Source: Oculina patagonica
Taxonomy: Eukaryota
NCBI RefSeq assembly: GCF_052425735.1
Contig: NC_135761.1
Coordinates: 38,688,001-38,752,000 of the forward strand
DNA: 64,000 nt
Reading direction: 5' to 3'
Both the position numbers and the translations under genes were made by a program. The notes beneath the pieces are model-generated. The model was given only the letters and a program-made list of their open reading frames with translations. It did not search any database and had not been told where the DNA came from. Shown piece after piece: positions 12,889 to 23,850 of the stretch. Every line of letters begins with the position of its first letter. Position 1 is the first letter of the stretch.

Positions 12889-14667
12889 ATGGCGACAGCA
12901 AGGTCAAATCGAACCTACACCACCGAAGAATGTGCAGCGGCGGTTATGGGTGACTCTGACTCCGAAATGAGCGATTTTGACCCAGACTCGAGTGGCGATG
13001 AAGAAGAGATTGAAGCAGAGGATTTGCACGAGGAAAACGATGACGCTAGCGCGACTGATTCGGAAGAAGACGATGAGACGGAATTAGAACAACAACCAGC
13101 AGGTCACACACGACACCAACGAATTGTTTGGGAGAACGTGAGTATTTATGATAACATAGATCAGACCTGGACTCCCCCATTTCAGCAGAGGACTGGTGTT
13201 CTAGTGGACACTGTTAATTTCCAGCCCGTGAATTATTTCAAGCTGTTCTTTCCTGACGATCTTTTTCGTCTAATCTCTGAGCAAACAAACCTGTTTGCAG
13301 AACAGTTCTTTGACGACCCGTCAGATTTTACCCGACACTCTCGATTTCAAAAGTGGACAGATACAAGTCCAAATGAAATTCAGGCATTTGTAGCTTTACA
13401 AATCGCGATGGGACTAAATTGCAAACCATCAGTAAAGGATTATTGGCGCAAATACTGGCTTACTGAAACCAAGTTTGGAAATGTGATGTCCAGGGATCGC
13501 TACCTTCTTTTATCCACTTTTTTGCATTTCTCAAACAACGAGCACCGTGTTCACCGTGGAGAGGAGGGTTTCAATCCATTATTCAAAATACAACCAGTCT
13601 TGGACATTGTCAATCCCTTGTATGAAAATGTCTATGGCCCTGGCAAAAACCTGTGCATTGATGAGAGCATGATCAAATTCAAGGGGCGAATTTATTTTAG
13701 ACAATACTTACCTGCAAAGCCTACCAAGTGGGGCATAAAAGTTTTTGTTTTGTGCGAGTCTGACAGTGGCTATGGATTTAAATTTGAAGTCTATACAGGC
13801 AAGGAGAGTTTTATGAGACAAAAAGGAGTCCCTCTTTCTGAACAGGTTGTTTTGTCATTACTGGACGGCTATGAAAACAAAGGACATGTCGTGTACATGG
13901 ATAATTTCTACAGTAGTCCAAACCTTTACCTGGCCTTGAAGGAAAAGGGAATAGGGGCATGTGGTACAGTTATAGCAAACAGGAAACAAATGCCTGAAGG
14001 CTTGAAACCAAAAAATCTTCCACTAAAGAAAGGTGACCCCCCAAAGTTTATGCATTCGGGTGACCTTGTGGCTTGCGCTTGGCATGACACTAAGCGAGTA
14101 AATTTTCTAAGTACCGTGCACAATGACTTAACAATTGACAAGGAAATCAGACACAAAGGTTCTGAAGGAGGCAAGCGGACAGTGGAGAAACCTGTTGTGG
14201 CTGAACAATACAACAACAACATGGCAGGCGTGGACAGGATGGATCAACTTCTTGGAAGTTATGCATATCCTCATAAATCCCAGAAGTGGTACCAACCTAT
14301 TTACCACAGAGTCAGAGAGATTGCTCTTGTCAATGGTTACATCCTCTATAAGAAGGATAAAAACAACAGGGATGAACAGATTTTGCCTCCAGAGAAATTC
14401 AGAGAAAAGGTCATTGATGGCCTGCTTTCAAATTGGAATATGACACAGAAGAAAGGGAGACCATCTCTGCAGCCAGAGGATAGCCGCCTGACTCAGCGTC
14501 ACTTTCCTGGAAAGTATGATGATACAAAATACTTTCCAGACTGTATTGTTTGCAGTGACAGAAAGAACAAAAAAAGGAAACAGACTCATTTTTATTGCAA
14601 ACAATGTGGTAAACCCATGTGTGTGGTTCCCTGCTTTGAGAAATATCATACTATTCAAAACTTGTAA
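12889..14667 (+). CDS. piggyBac transposase (PGBD4-like, DDE_Tnp_1_7), 592 aa
   Basis: Acidic N-terminus; IDESM (D258), KPTKWGIK, YMDNFY (D338), GVDRMDQ (D449); C-terminal Cys-rich domain CIVC..CKQC..CVVPCFEKYH. Confidence 0.97.
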   Translation: MATARSNRTYTTEECAAAVMGDSDSEMSDFDPDSSGDEEEIEAEDLHEENDDASATDSEEDDETELEQQPAGHTRHQRIVWENVSIYDNIDQTWTPPFQQRTGVLVDTVNFQPVNYFKLFFPDDLFRLISEQTNLFAEQFFDDPSDFTRHSRFQKWTDTSPNEIQAFVALQIAMGLNCKPSVKDYWRKYWLTETKFGNVMSRDRYLLLSTFLHFSNNEHRVHRGEEGFNPLFKIQPVLDIVNPLYENVYGPGKNLCIDESMIKFKGRIYFRQYLPAKPTKWGIKVFVLCESDSGYGFKFEVYTGKESFMRQKGVPLSEQVVLSLLDGYENKGHVVYMDNFYSSPNLYLALKEKGIGACGTVIANRKQMPEGLKPKNLPLKKGDPPKFMHSGDLVACAWHDTKRVNFLSTVHNDLTIDKEIRHKGSEGGKRTVEKPVVAEQYNNNMAGVDRMDQLLGSYAYPHKSQKWYQPIYHRVREIALVNGYILYKKDKNNRDEQILPPEKFREKVIDGLLSNWNMTQKKGRPSLQPEDSRLTQRHFPGKYDDTKYFPDCIVCSDRKNKKRKQTHFYCKQCGKPMCVVPCFEKYHTIQNL

Positions 14668-14860
14668 TTTTTTATTTTTTTCCTCACAATCAGTGATATT
14701 TCACCAGTAGAAAAGATAAAAGTGATACCTTAGACAAGTAATGAGTCAAAGACAGTTAAAATAAGCTAAGAGTGTTTTATTTTTCATGTATTGAGTGTGC
14801 AGCTATTTTTTATTCACATATTTCCCATTTTGCAAAAAAACATGATTCAGAGGCCACACC

Positions 14861-15579
14861 CATAACATAAATATTGGTGGCATTTTAAAGATTAAAACTA
14901 CAATATATTCTTATAACCTCTTTATTCACAAACATTATTTAGTATTGTATTAGGTTTTAGGTATTTTAACCAAATTATCAATTTTTACTAAAATAATTGT
15001 GCCAAAAAAGGACTTATAATTACGAAATATATCCTCGTAGCATTTTTCATGGTGTCACGTGACTGATCATGTGACTAATTAGCACAAACATCACATGTAA
15101 CGATGCGAAATTTTATGTACTACCACTTCTGTAAAAATCATATTAATACTTCTAATAGAAAAAGAGATATAGTCAAATTACTAAAGGTGTTTTTTTCGGT
15201 GATTTTTTTGGGAAAGAATTCACATAACATAAATATTGGTGGATTTTTATAGGTTAAAAAACTACAATATATTCTAATAACCTTATTATTCACAAACATT
15301 ATTTAGTATTGTATTAGGTTTTAGGTATTTTAATCAAGTTATAAATTTTTACTGTAAGAGCTGTGCCAAAAAAGGCATTATAATTACAAAATATATCCTC
15401 CTCACAGTTTTCATGGTGTCACGTGACTGGTCATGTGACTAATTAGCATAAATATTACATGTAACGAAGCAAAATTTTATGTACTACCACTTCTGTAAAA
15501 ATCATTTGAATACTATTAATAGAAAAAGAGATATAGTCAAATTACTGAAGGTGGTTTTTTCTGTGATTTTTTTGGGAAA
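14861..15579 (+). repeat. Two diverged tandem copies of a ~362-bp unit in the piggyBac 3' region
   Basis: CATAACATAAATATTGGTGG starts at 14861 and 15223; colinear to GATTTTTTTGGGAAA. Confidence 0.92.
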
Positions 15580-15635
15580 AAAGTCAGCACTGGGAGGGAC
15601 TTGCACGAAAAAAAAGTCAGCACCGAAAGAGTTAA

Positions 15636-16011
15636 ATCGTGCTATGCCAAACTGGCTTTAGAGAAGTTTGTTGACGTTCTTTAAAAGTTGTTTGTTTTCG
15701 AGCTCAAGTGAATTGACTTGTTGCTCTAACTTCGCGATGTGCGCACGTAAATTGTTGATTTTATCAGCAGTGGAAGTATCACTGTCTGCCTCACTCACGC
15801 CACTGAAGGATGGCATTTCAGCCGATGAAGATGGAGGTTGTGACCGCTTATGTGGCGATTTCCTCTTGGGAGATGGTGCAAACCATTGAAAAATTGAGGG
15901 AACAGCATGATGTTTTAAAACTCGGCAACCTGCTAAGTCTGTCTGAAAATCATTTGGCTTGAAATGCCATGAGCAGATCTTAGTTCGCTTCGTGATCTGG
16001 AATGGAGCCAA
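15636..16011 (-). pseudogene. THAP domain plus coiled coil, 5' half of the ISL2EU/Harbinger transposase
   Basis: ICSWHF...AVPSIF THAP signature; in frame with ORF 11840-12184 once the piggyBac is removed. Confidence 0.85.
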
Positions 16012-16481
16012 GTCTATGTGAGGGACAAGCTTTTAAACTAGATTGATAGGTAAATAACATTCTACAATACGCTCCAATTAATGATTAAAGACATGAACAA
16101 CGAAATGTCAAAAATGATAAAGAAACTTAACAAAGCTGTAATACTTGAATCGTAATGTAAACGAAATGATTTCTTAAAGTTCCTTTTCTTTGTTTTTCTT
16201 TGAACATTCATAACACTTTCATTACACTTTTCGGCACATCCGCACCTTACAAAAGTTGATGTAAAATCACTCCTGATGGACTTCTGATAAGTGTCCCTTC
16301 AAGTTGTGTGCAGTGTAATGGGCCAATAAAGTACCCCCGATACCCATGAATTACATGCCTATAGGTATGTGTATTAGTACGTAAGCCAATCATAGAAGCT
16401 TTCAAAAGCTGGTGTACTACTGCTTCTTGTACCCCCCCCCGTCTGTCTCCTTTTCCAATCCTTTGCTTCTTTATATTTGTG

Positions 16482-18296
16482 ACCTTGCACGGGAAAATGT
16501 ACTTTAACGATAATTCGTTAAACGGGCAAAAACTAACGTCTAACTAACGAGTAACTAACGACTTTTTCCAACGCTCTAACGACTTTATTAACGAGTTGAA
16601 CGCTCAAGCAAAAATATCTAACGACTTGCAAGAACATTCTAACGAAGTACCTAACGACTTTTTAAAACGACTCTAACGAGCGGACTAACGAATTGGCTAA
16701 ACAACATAAGCAACTAAACGTTCAAACTATCGACTGGCTTACTAAACTAAAACGTTTGATCAAAACATCCACCTTGTGAACTCATTCTAAAAGATGAAAA
16801 TTTTTGCCAAGTAAAGCTTTAAATCATAAGTTATCATTTCGCGCCGAGATCGAGAAGGCATTACTGAAACGTGCTTTGAGCAAAACAATTGGACGAGAAA
16901 TGATACACAGCTAGTCTTAGAACTAGTCTAGCTTATTAGAAGGACGCCAAAACATTTCCATATGATAAAATCTTTATTACTTACCGAAAGTTCCAAACAG
17001 TGCGTTCGCAAAACATTCACGGAAGGATCTCGCTGACATCGAAAGTAAAATTCGCTGCAGATGTAAAATAACTGTCGCATATTTTCGACTCTTCGACCAC
17101 ATCAGATTAAAGACGAGCATTGCGAGGAAGTTGCTTAAGGTTTTTTTCTTCTTAACTTTAAGAAGAAACCGCATTGGAGTTAGGTCGGTCCCACCGAATC
17201 ACAAACATAACCTGCGATCAGGCGATCTTCGGACAAAACATGAAGCACGTGTGTAATGTCACGCGTACGAATTGTTTGGGTTATGACGCTTTAGGACGCA
17301 AATATTAAACCTTAAAGTTCAATCTGTCATTTAGTTTTCTTTAAAAAAACACAGTTAGATGTGTATGAAAGAATATAAATCGGATACTTGCGTGCGGCGT
17401 TGTGTTACATTTATTTACGATGGAGTTTATTCAAAAGGTTTCAAATTACTTTTGACATATGCAAATTTTGCCAACTTTTTAGACTCTTTTGGCTGCGCCG
17501 CTTTAAAAAAGCAAAATTTGTATATCTCCTCTACAGCTGTAATTATAATTGACGCCATTGTCTGTGTTATAAATGAAGACAAGTTTCATTCAAGAAAAAA
17601 TTAGGTTTTAAGAATTTTATGCCAAATTCACAAAAAAATAAAACAAGTTCATTTCAAGCTAGACGCGATGGCGCGACACAAGTCTGTCTTTCAATTTAAT
17701 ATTCACGGAAGGCTTAACGGCTCCGATGTTTTTCATGTAAAATGTTTCGTTTGTCGACTACAGATATTTTACAAGTCAAATTTAAGAACCGGTTTTATTT
17801 ACGGAAACTCTTGTCTGAATTCCCGACGTTTCGGCAACGCTGCCTTCTTCAGGGGGACAAAACTAATTCGTGTTCGCATTTCTCCAAAACACAAGTCGAA
17901 TACACTGATACGTTTGAGGTGCGTTTATAAAACAATTGGACTAACATAACGATTTAAACGATAACAGAGCGATAATGTAACAAGTATTACTTTCTTTAGC
18001 GTTCAAAACTACTTGGAAGGTAATTCTAACTGATTTTCTAAAGTTTCAAACCACTTGAACAGAGATTCTAACGATTTTTACTAACGATATGAACGACTTT
18101 TCTTGATACATCTAACGACGTGCATGATCTTTTTTAACGATTTTTCTAACGCTTCTAACGACAAAGAAAATTTTTCTAACGACTATTCTAACGCTTCTAA
18201 CGATTTTCTTAGTCGTCCTAACGGTAATCTAACGACTAACAAACGATTTAAGTCGTTTAACGAAAAAGCGTTAAAGTACGTTTTCCCGTGCAAGGT
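16482..18296. mobile_element. Non-autonomous TIR DNA transposon with CTAACGA subterminal arrays
   Basis: 28-bp TIR ACCTTGCACGGGAAAAYGTACTTTAACG at 16482-16509 and 18269-18296 (1 mismatch); exact ends and TSD ambiguous. Confidence 0.85.
17822..17855 (-). ncRNA. Minimal type I hammerhead ribozyme (Penelope-like element type)
   Basis: Minus strand CCCCUGAAGAAGGCAGCGUUGCCGAAACGUCGGG: CUGANGA box, GGCA/UGCC stem II, GAAA box, palindromic ACGU stem III, GUC site, CCC/GGG stem I; AAUAAA about 25 nt downstream. Confidence 0.75.
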
Positions 18297-18323
18297 TACA
18301 TTTTTCAATTAAGTGCATTTTCT

Positions 18324-18475
18324 TTATACACTTCTTGTTGGTCTCGCTGGATTCCATGCAAGAGTTGAACTCATCGCAGCTCTCAAGCCACTCGTGATTA
18401 TTGGTCTGTAACTGGACAAGTAATTTCTGCTCGCCTTGGAACCATGTTTCATACTTCTTTTTTTTCTTTTGGTTG
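18324..18475 (-). pseudogene. Myb/SANT-like (Harbinger ORF2 type) fragment
   Basis: Alternative frame reads KKKYETWFQGEQKLLVQLQTNNHEWLES. Confidence 0.35.
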
Positions 18476-19035
18476 CGCTTCTTCTGCTAGCTTCTTCATT
18501 TGCAATCAAAGGAGATTGTTCCATCCTTGCAACAGAAGATATTCTCCCAAATGCAGAACGAGACCCAGGGTTCAAAGAGATTCCAATAGAAGCCGTGCTC
18601 ACATTCTTTGTTTGTTGTTAAATAACTGTAGAAAGAGTGAGATGGACTGGGTAAAAAAGTCATTTTGTCCTGTCATTGCACTTGCCAAACTAGACTAGCG
18701 ACAAACTATTTCCTGCCATAAGTTTATCCAAACATGTTTTGTATAATGTGGTAGTTTAATAGTTAACTGGTTTTTTCAAAATTTGGAAGCCTCAGAGGCA
18801 GGGCTTTGGCTTCTTTGAAGATTGGCATAAAATCGTTAGCGGCCTTGATTTCCTTCTGGTTGTCATTTATTTTATGTCGCAGTTCATGTACTTCGGTGTT
18901 GAGATTAGTAAGCCCCGCGTCCATCTCGTCGGTCGCTTCTTTGATTTAAGTAGTCTAGGTTCGGAGCGAGTTTATCTCAGACTGAACACCGTGACACTTT
19001 TGACTGTTGCCCCTGTCCTGTGAACGCTTAATTCC

Positions 19036-19701
19036 TTAAAGAATAAGCTGGAGACAAAGGAAATTAGATAAGACAAGGTCATAGCCATGGCTGGAATGTT
19101 TTTTTTTTACTGCCAACAAATAGTTCTTGATAGTGAAAGGAGCCATTGCGACTGAGAAATTGATTGAAATATACTCCCTAATAGTGAGTTGCAGATTGAT
19201 AATCATTTGTGAACAGATATTGAAACATTGCCGCATACCAGAACCATATGTCTTTTTGGTGCTCTGGGCAAAGGACATCCTCAGGTAACTCTCAGCTTCC
19301 TTTGCTAGAGCTTGTACAGATAGGCTAGGATGGGGTCTGGTGTTGTGTGAGATTGGAGTGCTAGCTGGTGGAAGTGTTCCATCAGATAGGATTTCCTTGA
19401 CCAGTTTGACAGGCAGCTCATGCACAGAATCCATTGCTGTGTCTTTGGCAGAATGATTTACTGGACTTGCACTTCTCCCTGGTAAAGATATTTGCAGCGC
19501 ATCATTCCCGAGGGAACTATTGCTTTGATCGTTTTGGTTTTCCACATGCTCGTTCCCATGTTGAACAGGGGGCTGAGTGCCAGGAAGGTTTCCTGTGTTT
19601 TTCCGTGCCTCTTTGATGCATTTTATCAAGGCAGCATGTCCTCCAGTCGTTGCGAGGTTTAGCCTGCTGCACAGGGACCGCAGATCCTTTACCTTTGCCA
19701 A
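19036..19701 (-). mobile_element. Internally deleted DIRS/Ngaro tyrosine-recombinase retrotransposon
   Basis: SAP-like KVKDLRSLCSRLNLATTG; gag-like ELPVKLVKEILS; YR N-terminal SFAQSTKKTYGSGMRQ..TIKNYL.AVK..H. Confidence 0.65.
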
Positions 19702-20401
19702 GTTCGAGATCTGCAGGTATAGGGCTGGGATTAGCCAGCGTGGAAGCGTTCCTTGTTCAGCGAGTTGGAGGCATGTTTAAAAGACATGTTCTCAACGCAA
19801 AATGGAAGGTCAAAGGGTTGTGGCTGGACCTGCGTAAATTCTGGCAGACTGCTTTCAGATAATGGACGAGAAAGAATAGAAAATTTTCCTGGCAGAATGG
19901 ACACTGTTGCTTATCTCGCATCAGAGCAAAAGACAGCGGTCGAGTTTAGCACTGGCGTATCAAGATGCCAAAGTTCGCTTTTTTTGGATGGATTTCATGA
20001 TTCTCAGGTGAGATCATCCAAGGACAATGGTCGGCTAATTAAGCAAAGCTCATACTCAAAATAGAAACAAGAGCTGTTGATTAACTAGAATTACAATACA
20101 ATACAACAATACAATACAATGTTTAATGTGGTCATTACACTTAGCCATGTGAGTTCAGTTCACTTAGCCATGTGAATTTATCTCACATGTTCAATACAAG
20201 TTTGGAGTCAATACTGAATGCAACAATTTTAAGGACTTTCTAGGAGTTTTCTTCCACGTTCGTTTGTTTTCTTTGGTGTAACATTCACAACCAACGTGCA
20301 TGTTGTTGTGAAAGTGTGCATTTTCCCGTGACATCTAAAACTTACAGGGTTATTTGCTGTTAATGTCTGTCAACGTTACTGGTTTCCGGGGTTGAAAGTG
20401 A

Positions 20402-21895
20402 CTTTTTTTTTGGCTTAAATAAATCTTCTCATTATTAAAACTATTTCTGGGAAAAATGTTTTGAATTTGGTTGAATTTTCTATGGCCCATCGAAATCTCG
20501 ATAAATTCCCTCAAATTGGCGCCATTTTGTTTCACAGCCGCGTTCTAGGGGAATAGGTCCAGCTTATTATTGTGACGTCTCTACCCAGGAAAGAAACGAG
20601 TTTCTGGCACTAGCAAATTCACTGGAAAGCTGTCTTTTTCGGAAAGAGTTCGCTTCCAAATGCGGAAATTCTTTTCTAATGGCCGCATAAGCACACGCAG
20701 GCAGGGGAATTCTCCTGTTTCCAGCCTTGAAAACTCACGATAAGAGACACCACGCAAAGACCTACAAATTATAAATAAAATAAAATTTAATTATAAATAA
20801 AATGATAAGCAACAGAATATTGATTGCGAAATAAAATAGAAAGGTGTTATTTCCGTGCTGATGTCGATCAAAATCACATACACAATGAAGCGAGAAAAGT
20901 GCAATAATGGACTGAATGTATAATGCGGCTTACTTTTCTTCAGATCCTGTCTGACGGTACGTTTGCCTGCCTTTCGTTCTGTATTTATCTGCTGCTAGTC
21001 GGAGGCTCCATTTCTGCAAGCAGACTGCATTGAAGCCAGGGTGTGCTGTGATACACAGAAAAAATCATTTCTGGCCATCGGCAAGGTCTTGCATGACAAG
21101 TTCGCTCCTCAAACTTTCCACACAACCTTCCAGTTCCTGACAACAGCAACACTCGCTTATGTTTTGTATATTAGCGATGTCACAGTTTCCGCATAAGCAC
21201 CTCAAAAAGGAAACGAACAATTGATACGAACTCAACATTAGTATCAAGACCAAAATTGCAAGGAAAGCGTTGTTTTCAATACTAGTAAGAGGTGACGAAA
21301 ACCGTGAGAATAGCTTACCATTCACTGACATTTACAGAGCCATCAAGTTGATCTTTAAGCTTTCTTTCAAGCTCTTCATTGGCCTTCACTTTCCACTTGT
21401 GGTCCATTCTTCGTCTGCAAGCGGCTCGTCATCGAATAAGTTGTCTTCACTTGACAAATAATTATTACTCTTGAGTGCCGCGCGTTGGCGCGCGTTCTCA
21501 ATTTCCACCTCTGGTATAAAGTTGATTTCCGAGTCATCGAAATCAATACTCTTCTCCAACATCTCTGACTCCGAAGAAGAAAACATTATGGTCTTTTAGA
21601 CGAAAATTTAGACGCTAAAGCGTGAAAACAGGCAAAACCCAGTATTCTACAGTACGACCTCCCAAGAAAGTAAAGAGAAATGACTGAGGCGCTGTTTTGT
21701 TTGGTTACTGGGTATACGTCACAGCCTTGCTCGACCCAGACTCCCTGAAACGCAGTCACGCAACATCGCGAGCACGACTTTGGCGGGCCATAGAAAATCG
21801 AGCATTCAACCAAATTTAATTTTTTTTCGCAGAATTAGTTTGAATAATGAGTACATTTATTTTAGCGAAAAAAAAAATTGGGGGTTAGGTGCACT
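20402..21895 (-). mobile_element. Non-autonomous Kolobok-like element with a KolX pseudogene
   Basis: Imperfect ~90-110 bp inverted repeats (20402-20489 vs 21786-21880); intact terminus AGTGCACCTAACCCC (minus strand) next to TTAA at 21896-21899; the other terminus has lost its outer ~20 bp. Confidence 0.7.
20630..21586 (-). pseudogene. KolX / P2X7-ballast-like Cys-rich protein, 3 exons
   Basis: Exons about 21586-21319, 21200-20934 and 20761-20630 with GTAAG/AG sites; CLCGNC..ECCCCQE, CITAHPGFNAVCL, SYREFSRL; stops and frameshifts. Confidence 0.75.
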
Positions 21896-21899
21896 TTAA

Positions 21900-23466
21900 C
21901 CCATTGACGCCTGAAGGTTTTACGCACGCACCCACCCCTAAATACCTGGCTCTTTTACGGCTTTGAATGCAAACGCACAAGTGGAAAAAATAAACCATAT
22001 GCGCAGTAAATTCAGACAAACAAGTAGTTTCTGAAGTAAACTTTTATTAAAACTAGACATGTTGAAAGACCAATTTATGACTTAAAGAGATCATCAGCCT
22101 TGATTAATTGATCTCAAACCAAACTAAAGACAGCGATAAAATTTTATTCACCTCCGCGCGTCATTTTGGAGCTCGAAAACACGGAGATTTTGTACAAATC
22201 CTTAAGAAAAATCATAAAATAGTCTGGTAAAAGATAGGTTTACAATCTGTACAACTGACTCTGTCATTAATTCAATAACACTTAGCTTTTTTCTTGGTGC
22301 AGAAAACCGGTTATTCAAGATGATAAAATTATCTTCAAATCACAGCGGCGTGGAAAAGCATAAAAAACGCTTACAAAATTACAGAATTCAGACTACTAAA
22401 TCAACACTAGGACCGCTTTCCACGCGTTCCTTTACTATTAATGTTAATAGACATACTCCTTTGTGTATTTTGAAGCACTGTTGTAATTTTCAAAAGCGAT
22501 AGACATAATTCAAAACAAAGCTAAGCTAGACAATGAAGAAGCAAGTCTCCCGAAAGATATAGATCTCAGATAACAACACGTGCGCAACAAATCTGTTCTC
22601 CTTTAAAAGCCTAAAATTCCGGACTCAAAATGGATTAATGAGAGAACCTTGAAAGAAACTTTGTTTATAATTTATTTTTAGTTCGGATGAAGTCAAGAAA
22701 TGTGTTAACAAGCGTTACAATATCGAAATTTTTCGAGCCGTGCTGTACTGCACGGCAGAATTAATTATTCACATGTTCATGTTGAAAGCGAAGTTTTAAT
22801 TTTAGCAGGCAGCTTTTGGAGTCAATTGTACACTAAATGGATTTACCGATCGTTCAAAAAATTACATCCAAGTTCGAAGCAATAACAGTACATTACCATT
22901 TCGTTCTCAGAAGACTTGAGAAGCCGCATTTAGTCCGTTTTCAAGTCCGTGATTTGAATTCAAAACACATTTGTAAGCGCCATTACACCATGTCTTCACG
23001 GCGGTGGAAGGAAAGATAAATCCTTCATCAACAAGGTTTTAGCACTCTGTACTCCATGGTTTTCCGTTTTAGGGCCACTTTAAAATTCTATAGTGTTTCT
23101 CCTTTCCGTTTTAAGTCCCAAAGATGGTATTTTTCTTGTTCAGAATCAAAAACAAGGCCTTGGAAGTTTGTAAATACGTGCCGCGCGGCTCCATGATTTC
23201 CATGTACATTTTCAACGCACGGAATAAGACGAAAAACCTTCTTTCTAGGACCCCTAGAGTTCCCTAAATATATGCGCAGAAAACAGATTCTGATTGGTTT
23301 ATTTGCCCTTATTATCTATAGAACAATAGGAGAACCAAAAAAACTCAAGGGAGGGAGGGAAAGGGCATTTGCCAACACGTGGTTTTCAAGGCCGGCTGAG
23401 GCCGGCACAGGCATTTTGGGGGTGGTTTTCGCGCGGCCGGCTATGGCCGGCACAGGCGCCAATGGG
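21900..23466. mobile_element. Non-autonomous piggyBac (MITE-like, 1567 bp)
   Basis: TTAA at 21896-21899 and 23467-23470; 14-bp TIR CCCATTGRCGCCTG (1 mismatch); no transposase ORF. Confidence 0.92.
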
Positions 23467-23645
23467 TTAAGAGAGTTTTGAATGTACAGAAAAATACCCC
23501 CTCTCGTCCCTTTTTTGTAAGAATCACTACCAAAGTTCAGTTTACTGTGGATCCTGATCATAAACAAATCCCCAAAGCAACCCATTAGTATTAGTCAGGA
23601 GTTAAAAAATTCATTGTCTTGACAGTTGCAATACAAGACTTTACT

Positions 23646-23850
23646 TCAGCGTTTACAGCAATTCAACGTCGCGTTGGGAACATCTTCCTTTGCTAACCAG
23701 ATGTTATGACTGTCATCATTACCATGAAAAGTAATTTTGTAGCTTCCACAAAGGTAACGCAAGATGCTTCCTATGAACCATCCCGGATATCCTTCGTTTT
23801 CATCTTCCAATTCGACGTTCACACGTCGCCCAACTAACCTCTGCGGACCT
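23646..23850 (-). pseudogene. Tudor-like domain exon
   Basis: LVGRRVNVELEDENEGYPGWFIGSILRY..YKITF pattern. Confidence 0.3.

Larger units (their letters stand above)
12217..15631 (+). mobile_element. Full-length autonomous piggyBac element (3415 bp)
   Basis: TTAA at 12213-12216 and 15632-15635; perfect 12-bp TIR CTCTTTCGGTGC (12217-12228 / 15620-15631); inner IR CTCCCAGTGC (12263-12272 / 15587-15596); intact ORF. Confidence 0.97.

Noticed and set aside
13926-14710. Overlapping and antisense ORFs within the piggyBac transposase
   Set aside because: Shadow frames with no motifs
16505-16750. Interstitial telomeric repeats
   Set aside because: The motif is dispersed CTAACGA, not tandem CCCTAA
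20630-21586. Host P2RX7 gene
   Set aside because: No transmembrane or ectodomain sequence; bounded by TIRs and disrupted
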